Translations under genes and position numbers: made by a program | Part shown: piece by piece, positions 1-7,395 of the stretch | Numbering within the stretch: the stretch's first letter is position 1 | How the letters are laid out: the number at the start of each line of letters is the position of its first letter | Assembly: GCA_043747745.1 (NCBI GenBank) | Contig: JAYTOP010000039.1 | Location: forward strand, 4,353-68,352 | Reading direction: 5' to 3' | DNA length: 64,000 nt | Source of the DNA: Pseudomonadota bacterium | Lineage (GTDB): Bacteria > Pseudomonadota > Gammaproteobacteria > Xanthomonadales > Xanthomonadaceae | The notes under the pieces: generated by a model | Told to the model about the DNA's origin: nothing | The model's input: only the letters and a program-made list of their open reading frames with translations | Database searches by the model: none

Positions 1-2431
1 CAGCCACTGGATACGAGCCAAATGTCGCGCGTCCGGCAAAGTCGAAGGTTTTGCTGCTGAAGCGCGTGGTCGTCGATGGACTCGCGGCGTCGTATTCCTG
101 CGTAAGCACCGGTTGCCAGAAACCATCGAAGTAAGTAACTTTGCGCGCATTGCCGGTGCTGACGGTCTGTTTCCAATGGCCTGCGGACAGACCGTATTCG
201 CTGATTGCTACCGGTGCAAAAGTGATCGTGGTCGGAGCCCACGCAACCGTGTCGGCGCTGGGTTGCGTGATCGTCGCGAGCCGGCCCATCGGGTCGTAGG
301 CGAAGCCCACCGCGTTACCGATCTCGTCGGTGATCGCGGTGACGTGGCCCTCGTTGTCGACCAGCGCGGTCTTGCTGGTGCTGTTCGGGAACTGCAACAG
401 GCGCGGCACGCCACGGTAGTAATTGCTCAGCGTGAGGACATGGTTGTTGCCATCGGTCACGGTGGCGATGTTGCCATCGGTGCCGAAGGTGTAGCTCTGC
501 TCGAACAGACCGTAGCTGTAGACGTTCTGCAACAACGCGGTCGCGGGATAGTAGGTCTTCGTGAAAACCGTCACGCCGGAGTTGCTGTTCTGCACGCTCT
601 TGACCTGACCCAGCACCCACAGGTTGGTGTTGTTGTCGTAGGTGGTCAGGTCCGTGCGCGAGCTGCCCAGCGACGAGAAACTGGTCGTGCTCACCGGCGC
701 GGCGTAAGCATCGAATGCATTGACCTGCGAACTGAAGGTCACGCCATCGCGGACGTCGTTGTGAGTGACGACCGGGTGCAATGTTTGCGACTGGAAGATG
801 TTCGCGCGGAACTGGGGGCTGGTCCCGATGTTCTGCGGGAACGGTTGTCCGATCGTATAGCCCCAGTAGGTGGTCGTTGCATCATTGAGCACCGTGGTGT
901 CGGTGCTGTCCTTGTAGAGGGTCGTTTCCTGCAACTGTCCCTCGGTCACCTGGAACTTGTTGCCGAAGGTACTCAGCAACTCGGTGCCATCGGGATTATG
1001 GACCTTGGTCCAGACGGTGCTGGGGCATGGGGAGGGCGTGCACACGCTGTCGGACCAGCTGTCGTTCGGCGGAGAGTAGGTGTACGTCCATGCCAAGACC
1101 GGAACGCCCGGGCCGCTGAGCGACTTGCTGAAGAGCGCGAATTGCTCGCTCACTTTCGGGTACATCGGATCGGGCCCAGTGCACGGATGTGTGTCGTAGG
1201 ATCGGCCGCGAATCAACGGCTGGAACTGGAATAGTCCGGTTGCGCCAGATGGGTGGGTTGCGGTTAACGTGAAATATCCGGCACCGGCATGACGGCCCGC
1301 TGGAATCGGTGGGCCATTGCAGCTCACCGGAAATGGGGGAGTGTCATTGTTCGGATCGCGCGGAGTGGTATCCACCAGCACGAGGTCTCCGCTGTACTGG
1401 TAGCTCCACGACGAGCCATCGGGCTGCACGACAGCGCTCAGGCCATTGGTGCCGTACTGATAGGTCCATGTGTGGCTACCATTGGACGCGCTTGCGATAT
1501 TTCCATTTGCGCCATAAGTCAGTTGGATGCTGCGGCCATCGTTGGCCGCGATTGAGTTGAGCTGATCGTTCGCGTCGTAGTTATAGGTCACCGTGTTGCC
1601 GAAGCGATCCACGATATGGCTGGCGACGATCCAGTATTTGTAGCGTTGAAACGTAGTGTATACCGTGCCGCCTTTGCTATCGGTATATGGCAACGAGATA
1701 TCAGTGTTCGCGGCAGTCGCATACATCATGCGGTCGAAATAATACCTTGTGCCATCGGGACTGGTCGCTAGGAAACCTTCGCCGGCGCCGCCGGAAGGTA
1801 GCGTCGGCAAACAACTGAAGGTCCACAAATTCTTGGTGACCCAGTAGTAGGTCTTGCCATCGGTCGGATGCGGGCTGGTGCTGTTGTTGACCAGCATCTC
1901 CTGCGTGCCGGCGCCGGGCACGTACATCTGGTTTCCACTCCAGTAGTTGCGACCGTAGATGGAGGCGCTGAAGAATTTCGTGATCGAGGGTGGAATGGCG
2001 GAGGCAGTGCCGCCGTCCAGGGAACAGCGATTGGTCGTGGGAGTGCTTCCGTCGAATCCTCCTCCTGCCGTCGCGGTCCAACCGGCTTCAGAAAAATAAC
2101 CGGTCAGATACGGAACATCGATTTCCCAGTTCGCGAAACCGGGCAGCCCGCCGTACTGGTCGGCTTCCTTGACGTCCAGATGCCGCCCAAGACTCACCGG
2201 CAACCTGCTGTTGCCGGGAATCGAAATGTCGGTGGCGTTGAAGGACGCGCTACCGCTGTAGAGGTCGACCGAGTCGCCGAACAGGCCGCTGCCGATCGTC
2301 CCGATCGTGTCGGAAGGCCGATTCAGGCGGTTGGATTCAAGTGCCGGATCGGTGTCGGCATGAACCGGAAGCGAAGCGCACGTCAGCGCGGCGAGGGCAA
2401 CGCCCAGCGCCAAGGATTGGAACAACCGCAT
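1..2431 (-). CDS. RHS/YD-repeat family protein with signal peptide (N-terminal ~810 aa; 3' end lies beyond window start)
   Basis: The minus-strand frame with ATG at 2431..2429 stays open to position 1. It is absent from the ORF track because no stop lies in the window. My translation gives MRLFQSLALGVALAALTCASLPVHA (signal peptide), then YD-type repeats: DRFGNTVTYNYDANDQLNSIAANDGRSIQLTYGANGNI, YTFGTDGNIATVTDGNNHVLTLSNYYRG, ITDEIGNAVGFAYDPMGRLATITQP. Track ORF 113..1234(+) is its Arg/Gly-rich antisense shadow. Confidence 0.75.
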   Translation of the reverse strand, partial: MRLFQSLALGVALAALTCASLPVHADTDPALESNRLNRPSDTIGTIGSGLFGDSVDLYSGSASFNATDISIPGNSRLPVSLGRHLDVKEADQYGGLPGFANWEIDVPYLTGYFSEAGWTATAGGGFDGSTPTTNRCSLDGGTASAIPPSITKFFSASIYGRNYWSGNQMYVPGAGTQEMLVNNSTSPHPTDGKTYYWVTKNLWTFSCLPTLPSGGAGEGFLATSPDGTRYYFDRMMYATAANTDISLPYTDSKGGTVYTTFQRYKYWIVASHIVDRFGNTVTYNYDANDQLNSIAANDGRSIQLTYGANGNIASASNGSHTWTYQYGTNGLSAVVQPDGSSWSYQYSGDLVLVDTTPRDPNNDTPPFPVSCNGPPIPAGRHAGAGYFTLTATHPSGATGLFQFQPLIRGRSYDTHPCTGPDPMYPKVSEQFALFSKSLSGPGVPVLAWTYTYSPPNDSWSDSVCTPSPCPSTVWTKVHNPDGTELLSTFGNKFQVTEGQLQETTLYKDSTDTTVLNDATTTYWGYTIGQPFPQNIGTSPQFRANIFQSQTLHPVVTHNDVRDGVTFSSQVNAFDAYAAPVSTTSFSSLGSSRTDLTTYDNNTNLWVLGQVKSVQNSNSGVTVFTKTYYPATALLQNVYSYGLFEQSYTFGTDGNIATVTDGNNHVLTLSNYYRGVPRLLQFPNSTSKTALVDNEGHVTAITDEIGNAVGFAYDPMGRLATITQPSADTVAWAPTTITFAPVAISEYGLSAGHWKQTVSTGNARKVTYFDGFWQPVLTQEYDAASPSTTTRFSSKTFDFAGRATFGSYPVA

Positions 2432-2698
2432 TGGATGAATTCCCCGGGATCGATGTGTCAGAGACGTCTGCGCCAGCACAAGCGCAGAGGCCGCCATAGC
2501 CTACGCGATACCATCCACCATGTCCATCGCGGCGTCGCCGCGACGGCGCTCAGTTTCGCTGGCGACCGAATGCGAGTTGCATGCCACGCATCGCTTTCAG
2601 CCCACGTGCCAGCGATACTGGTCAAAAATTAGATAGTCCAACTGTCGCGACAGACCTGCTGTACGATTCCAGCTTGAAGCCTACAATGGCTCGTCCAG

Positions 2699-3055
2699 AT
2701 GATCCTCGCCAGCCGTATCCGCCGCGCCCGCAACCTTGCGAACCTCACCCAGACCGAGCTCGCCGCCAAAATCGGGGTGCAGCGCAGCGCAGTCGCGCAA
2801 TGGGAGCAGGTCGTCAGCACCAATCCCACCATCGCCAACCTGATCAAGCTCGCCATCATTTGCGAGGTGCGCTTCGAGTGGCTCGCCACCGGTCGCGGCG
2901 TCATGCGGCTTGGCGATCTTCAGCAGGCGTCGGCCGCTGCGACGTCGGAATTCGCCCACGACCTGCTGGAAGTCCGGCTATTGAACGCGATCCGCCAGCT
3001 CAGCATGCGCAAGCGTGAGGTCATCGTCGAAATGGTCGAAGGGCTGGGCCCTTGA
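2699..3055 (+). CDS. XRE (Cro/C1-type) helix-turn-helix transcriptional regulator
   Basis: Track ORF, 118 aa. N-terminal HTH: IRRARNLANLTQTELAAKIGVQRSAVAQWE. Divergent from the RHS gene. Confidence 0.8.
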   Translation: MILASRIRRARNLANLTQTELAAKIGVQRSAVAQWEQVVSTNPTIANLIKLAIICEVRFEWLATGRGVMRLGDLQQASAAATSEFAHDLLEVRLLNAIRQLSMRKREVIVEMVEGLGP

Positions 3056-3204
3056 TGTGACCCATCGGCAGCCGGTGCCGCGCGTGCGCATCGGTTCCTG
3101 CAAGGCACCCCATCCAGACCCCACCTTCACTGCTGCGAAAAGGAGCGAGAGATCGGCTTGCGGTACACTCCCCCTCCCGCCCGCTGGGCGCGCCCTGCAG
3201 AACC

Positions 3205-4071
3205 ATGTCAGACGACCCAAGCAGTCGTACGCCCGAGCATCCCGCGCCGGATCGCCGCTCGTGGCTTGAACGCCTGAGCCACGCGTTTTCCGGTGAGCCG
3301 CGCAGCCGCGAGGATCTCGTCGAGATCCTGCGCGATGCCCAGGTCGCGGGCCTGATCGCGGCAGATACGCTGAAGATGATGGAAGGCGCGCTGGGCGTGG
3401 CCGAGCGCACGGTGGGCGACGTGATGGTGCCGCGCGCGCAGATGGTCGTGCTACCGGTGGCCGCGCGCTTCTTCGACATTATGAAAATGGTGGTCGAATC
3501 CGGGCATTCGCGTTTCCCGGTGCACGGTGAGGACAAGGACGAGATCCTCGGCATCCTGCTGGCCAAGGACCTGCTTCGCGGCGTGGTCTGCGATGGCGGG
3601 CCGTCCACCGTCCGCGAACTGCTGCGACCAGCGGTGCTGATCCCGGAATCCAAGCGGTTGAACGTGCTGCTCAAGGAATTCCGCCTCTCGCGCAACCACA
3701 TGGCGATCGTCGTAGATGAATACGGCGGCGTCGCCGGACTGCTCACCATCGAGGACGTGCTGGAAGAAATCGTCGGCGAGATCGACGACGAGCACGACGA
3801 CGCGGTGGACCCGTCCGCACAGATCGCCGCGCAGGCCGACGGCCAGTTCGTGGTCGACGCGCTGACCCCGATCGACGATTTCAATGAGCGTTTCGGCGCG
3901 GATTTCCCGGACGACGAGTACGACACCGTCGGCGGGCTGGTCACCGATGCGATCGGGCACCTGCCCGAGTCCGGCGAGGAGCTCGCAATGGGGCGCTTCC
4001 ACTTCCGCGTCGCCCGCGCGGATGCGCGCCGCGTGCACGCGTTGATCGTGAGCGTGCAGGCGAGTGGCTGA
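3205..4071 (+). CDS. corC: CorC/YbeX-family Mg/Co efflux-associated protein (CBS pair + CorC_HlyC domain)
   Basis: Track ORF, 288 aa. Motifs: TVGDVMVPRAQMVVL, HSRFPV, LLTIEDVLEEIVGEIDDEHD. C-terminal transporter-associated domain pattern. Confidence 0.9.
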   Translation: MSDDPSSRTPEHPAPDRRSWLERLSHAFSGEPRSREDLVEILRDAQVAGLIAADTLKMMEGALGVAERTVGDVMVPRAQMVVLPVAARFFDIMKMVVESGHSRFPVHGEDKDEILGILLAKDLLRGVVCDGGPSTVRELLRPAVLIPESKRLNVLLKEFRLSRNHMAIVVDEYGGVAGLLTIEDVLEEIVGEIDDEHDDAVDPSAQIAAQADGQFVVDALTPIDDFNERFGADFPDDEYDTVGGLVTDAIGHLPESGEELAMGRFHFRVARADARRVHALIVSVQASG

Positions 4072-4076
4072 GAAGC

Positions 4077-4282
4077 GGGGAACGGGGAACGGGGAACGGG
4101 GAACGGGGAGAAGCAGACCCAAACGTTTCCTGGCAGCCCGTTGCGTCGTCGCGCAGCATGCTGGCTCTTTTTCTGTTCCCGCTTCCTCCAAACCGGTGAC
4201 GGAGGCATTCAGCGGTTGGCTGATCAACTGCCTCCGTGCCTTTTTTGCTTTATCCGTTCCCCGTTCCCCGTTCCCCGTTCCC
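4077..4282. repeat. Inverted pair of heptanucleotide tandem arrays
   Basis: (GGGGAAC)x4+GGGG at 4077..4108. Its reverse complement CC(GTTCCCC)x3GTTCCC lies at 4254..4282. The arms could pair over ~27 bp. The spacer is 145 bp. Confidence 0.9.
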
Positions 4283-5446
4283 GGGCTCGCCGCTGTATTT
4301 CTCGTCCTGCTGGCCGTACTGCAGCCGAGCCACGCCGCGCCACGCATTGGCGTTGTGACGATGCAACCGGGCGCGGAATACTGGTCGCGGTTCGGGCACG
4401 ACGCGATCCTCGTCGACGACCGTACGAACGATCCGGCCAGTGTGCCGCTGCTGTACAACTACGGTTACTTCGATTTCGACCAGCCCGGCTTCATGCTGCA
4501 TTTCGTGCAGGGCTACATGAGTTACATGCTGGCTGCGGTGCCATTTCAGGACGACATGGAGGGCTACGCGCGCGATGGCCGTGGCGCGAGCCTGCAATGG
4601 CTGGACATGACACCCGCGCAGGCGACGAAGTTGCAGCGTTTCCTGCGATGGAACGCGCTGCCCGAACACGCGACGTATCGCTACGACTACTTCACCCAGG
4701 ATTGCGCGACCAAGGTCCGCGATGCGCTCGACCTCGCGCTCGACGGCGCCCTGCACGCGCAGCTCAGCGCACCATCGCAGGGGCTGACCTACCGCACCGA
4801 AGCCGTCCGCCTCGGCGCGCCGGTCCCGTGGATGGGGCTGGGCATGCACTTCGCGCTCGGCCCATACGGCGATCGCCCGCTGTCGCGCTGGGACGAGGCG
4901 TTCATTCCGATGCGCCTGCAGGACAGCCTGCGCCTGGTCCACACCGCCGCCGGCACGCCGCTGGTGACCAGCGAAACCGAACTGCTGCCGCATCGTCTGG
5001 CACCGACCCTGACCGACATACCGCGCTGGCGAATCTGGTTCGTGCTGCTGGGGCTCGGCCTTGCGGTGCTGGCGGTGGTCGGCTCGCGCCGCGCGCCGCG
5101 CACGACCGCCGCGTTCGCCGGCCTGTTCTGGCTGAAGTGCGGCTTGCTCGGCGTGGGCCTGGCGCTGTTGTGGTGCTGCACCGAGCACGTCGCGATCTGG
5201 GGCAACGAGAACCTGCTGCTGACGAATCCGCTGTGCCTGGTCCTGCTGCCGGGCGCGTGGGCGATGCTGCGCGGACGCGAGCCGCCGCGCTGGCATGCCA
5301 CGCTGTTGCTGCTGGTTGCGCTGTCGGCAGGCGCGGCGCTGTTCCTGAAATTCCTGCCGTTCCGCATCCAGAGCAATGGCGACTGGATCGCGCTGTTTTT
5401 GCCGATCCATCTCGCATTGGCTTACGCTGGGCGCAGGCTGCGCTGA
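4196..5446 (+). CDS. DUF4105 (Lnb-like) protein: periplasmic N-domain + polytopic membrane C-domain; start codon unresolved
   Basis: Track ORF 4064..5446. The conserved core starts IGVVTMQPGAEYWSRFGHDAILVDD and several TM helices occupy the last ~130 aa. A signal-peptide-like LAAVFLVLLAVLQPSHAAP is encoded at ~4286..4342. The only in-frame ATG/GTG/TTG upstream of it are GTG 4196 and GTG 4064. ATG 4361 and GTG 4355 would delete the signal peptide. Confidence 0.7.
   Translation: MTEAFSGWLINCLRAFFALSVPRSPFPVPGLAAVFLVLLAVLQPSHAAPRIGVVTMQPGAEYWSRFGHDAILVDDRTNDPASVPLLYNYGYFDFDQPGFMLHFVQGYMSYMLAAVPFQDDMEGYARDGRGASLQWLDMTPAQATKLQRFLRWNALPEHATYRYDYFTQDCATKVRDALDLALDGALHAQLSAPSQGLTYRTEAVRLGAPVPWMGLGMHFALGPYGDRPLSRWDEAFIPMRLQDSLRLVHTAAGTPLVTSETELLPHRLAPTLTDIPRWRIWFVLLGLGLAVLAVVGSRRAPRTTAAFAGLFWLKCGLLGVGLALLWCCTEHVAIWGNENLLLTNPLCLVLLPGAWAMLRGREPPRWHATLLLLVALSAGAALFLKFLPFRIQSNGDWIALFLPIHLALAYAGRRLR
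4199..4251 (+). terminator. Candidate intrinsic terminator/attenuator after corC
   Basis: 9-bp stem ACGGAGGCA (4199..4207)/TGCCTCCGT (4229..4237) with inner stem TCAGC/GCTGA, then GCC-TTTTTTGCTTT. An upstream CCTCC (4185..4189) could alternatively pair with GGAGG (4201..4205). Confidence 0.4.
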
Positions 5447-5527
5447 GTGAATGCGATCGAGCGACGCTTCATCGATCGGCCTTGATCGACGGTGAAGCTG
5501 GCAAGCGGCAACCCCCCGGAGACCTTG

Positions 5528-6526
5528 ATGGACGCCCAGATCAATCCCGAACAGATGGTGGTGAACTGCGTGGCCTATGGCGCCGATGGCCGTCGCCTGC
5601 CGGACATCGACTTCGAACAGATCAGCGACGTGCTCGCGCGCGACGACGGCAGCTTCGTGTGGGTCGGCCTGTACGAGCCCGACGAGGTGCTGATGGACAA
5701 GCTGCAGGAGGAATTCGGCCTGCACGACCTCGCCGTTGAGGACGCGCACAACGCGCACCAGCGGCCCAAGATCGAAATCTACGGCGACTCGCTGTTCGTC
5801 GTGCTCAATACCGCGCAGGCGGTGAAAGGCTGCGTGCAGTTCGGCGAGACCCACGCCTTCCTCGGCAAGCGCTACCTGGTGACGATCCGCCACGGCGCGT
5901 CGCTGTCCTACGTGCCTGCGCGCGTGCGCTGCGAACGCGAGCCGGACATGATGGCGCTCGGCCCGAGCTACCCGCTCTACGCGATGCTGGATTTCATCGT
6001 CGACAACTACATGCCGGTGGTCAGCGACTTCCAGAGCGAACTGAAGAAGCTCGAGAAGGACATCTTCGCGGAGGATTACCGCCGCGAGACCATCCAGCAG
6101 CTCTACAACCTCAAGCAGGAACTGACCACGCTGCGACTCGCGGTGTCGCCCTTGCAGGACATCCTCAACCAGCTGCAACGCTTCCATCCGAACCTGGTCC
6201 ATGAAGACGTGCGCGTGTACTTCCGCGACGTGTTCGACCATGTCGTGCGCGTCAACGAAGCCACCGACACCATGCGCGAACTGCTGACCGCCGCGATGGG
6301 CGTGAACCTCGCGCTCGTCACCGTGGCCCAGGGCGAGATCGTCAAGCGCCTCGCCGGCTGGGCCGGCCTGCTCGCGGTGCCGACCCTGATGGCGAGCTGG
6401 TACGGCATGAACTTCCACAACATGCCCGAACTGAGTGGACGCTACAGCTACGGCATCCTGATCGGTGCCACGCTGAGCGTGTGCGTCGTGCTGTATTTCG
6501 CGCTGAAGCGGGCGCGGTGGTTGTAG
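5528..6526 (+). CDS. corA: CorA magnesium/cobalt transporter
   Basis: Track ORF 5492..6526. ATG 5528 is preceded by GGAGA. C-terminal YGMNF (GMN) motif and two TM helices. Confidence 0.9.
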   Translation: MDAQINPEQMVVNCVAYGADGRRLPDIDFEQISDVLARDDGSFVWVGLYEPDEVLMDKLQEEFGLHDLAVEDAHNAHQRPKIEIYGDSLFVVLNTAQAVKGCVQFGETHAFLGKRYLVTIRHGASLSYVPARVRCEREPDMMALGPSYPLYAMLDFIVDNYMPVVSDFQSELKKLEKDIFAEDYRRETIQQLYNLKQELTTLRLAVSPLQDILNQLQRFHPNLVHEDVRVYFRDVFDHVVRVNEATDTMRELLTAAMGVNLALVTVAQGEIVKRLAGWAGLLAVPTLMASWYGMNFHNMPELSGRYSYGILIGATLSVCVVLYFALKRARWL

Positions 6527-6838
6527 CGCCTTGGTTTCAGGCCGCGACGATTCGAATCGGCAATCGAGTCGGCGATGACGCAATCGTATCGACCGATACG
6601 CCCGCATTCCTGTTGTTGCGATCCATTACGTCATCAAATCCAGGATATTGCGGGCATCGTGCGAGCCGGCTGTCTGCAAGCGAACTGGCAACGCGGCGAT
6701 CCCGCGACAGCACTTGCCTTGACGCTCTACAGACGATCCTCTGCAACACAGTTTCCGGTGCAATCGTGCGTTGCGGCCCGCACGCCGGGCTTTCGACGAC
6801 TACAGTAGAGAAAAACAAAGAGATAAAGGTGCCAGCCC

Positions 6839-7296
6839 ATGAACATCATGCTCTCGGCCGCCGTTGTTGGCATTGCTATTGCCGCATCCTCTGGCTCGAT
6901 ACCGACGGTCGCACCAAAGCTCCTTACCATTGCTACGATCCTTGCGCATCCCGGCACCTATGACGGCATGCTCGTGCGGATCAAGGGGGCGGCCGTCGTG
7001 CGCTTCGCGAGGCAGACTACATTTGCGACAAGCCTGAGCTCATTGATTCCGGCCAATCCGAAAAATGCCTTTGGCTCGGCGGTACGGTGTTCAATCGCGA
7101 CGCTATTGGCGTGAGCAATCTTCATCGAAAGCTCGTGGATATGGTCGGACGGTTCCACGCAGCAGATCGCGGCCACATGAGCGCGTATGGGGGCACCATT
7201 TCGCCAATTTCAGCAACAATCCTTGGTGTGCATGGGCGCGGTGATATTCCTCCTCCACACCCGCCGCCGCCAGGACGAGGGTCGGGACGAGGGTAA
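6839..7296 (+). pseudogene. Candidate frameshifted small secreted protein
   Basis: ORF 6839..7114 (signal-like MNIMLSAAVVGIAIAASSG) loses protein-like character near 7005. The -1 frame continues plausibly (EADYICDKPELIDSGQSEKCLWLGGTVFNRDAIGVSNLHRKLVDMVGRFHAADRGH...) to the stop at 7296. This is a lower-GC region. Confidence 0.3.
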
Positions 7297-7395
7297 GAGA
7301 GCGTTGAAACGTTCTCTGAGCCTGATCGTCCTGATCGTCTCGTTCGCTCCCGGGTTTCAACCACCGGGGCTTCAAAATGCCCTCGGGTTCAAGAT

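Noticed and set aside
113-1234. 373-aa plus-strand ORF at the left edge
   Set aside because: Its composition is Arg/Gly/Ala/Val-rich, typical of an antisense frame in high-GC DNA. The opposite strand encodes convincing YD/RHS repeats across the same span.
4077-4282. Heptamer arrays as a CRISPR array
   Set aside because: The units are 7 nt and directly abutting, with no spacers. The two arrays are inverted copies of each other, and no cas genes are present.
4250-6607. 785-aa minus-strand ORF, the longest in this region
   Set aside because: It is antisense to two well-supported genes, the DUF4105 protein and corA with its GMN motif. It has a low-complexity Arg/Ala/Gln-rich sequence and no recognisable motif.
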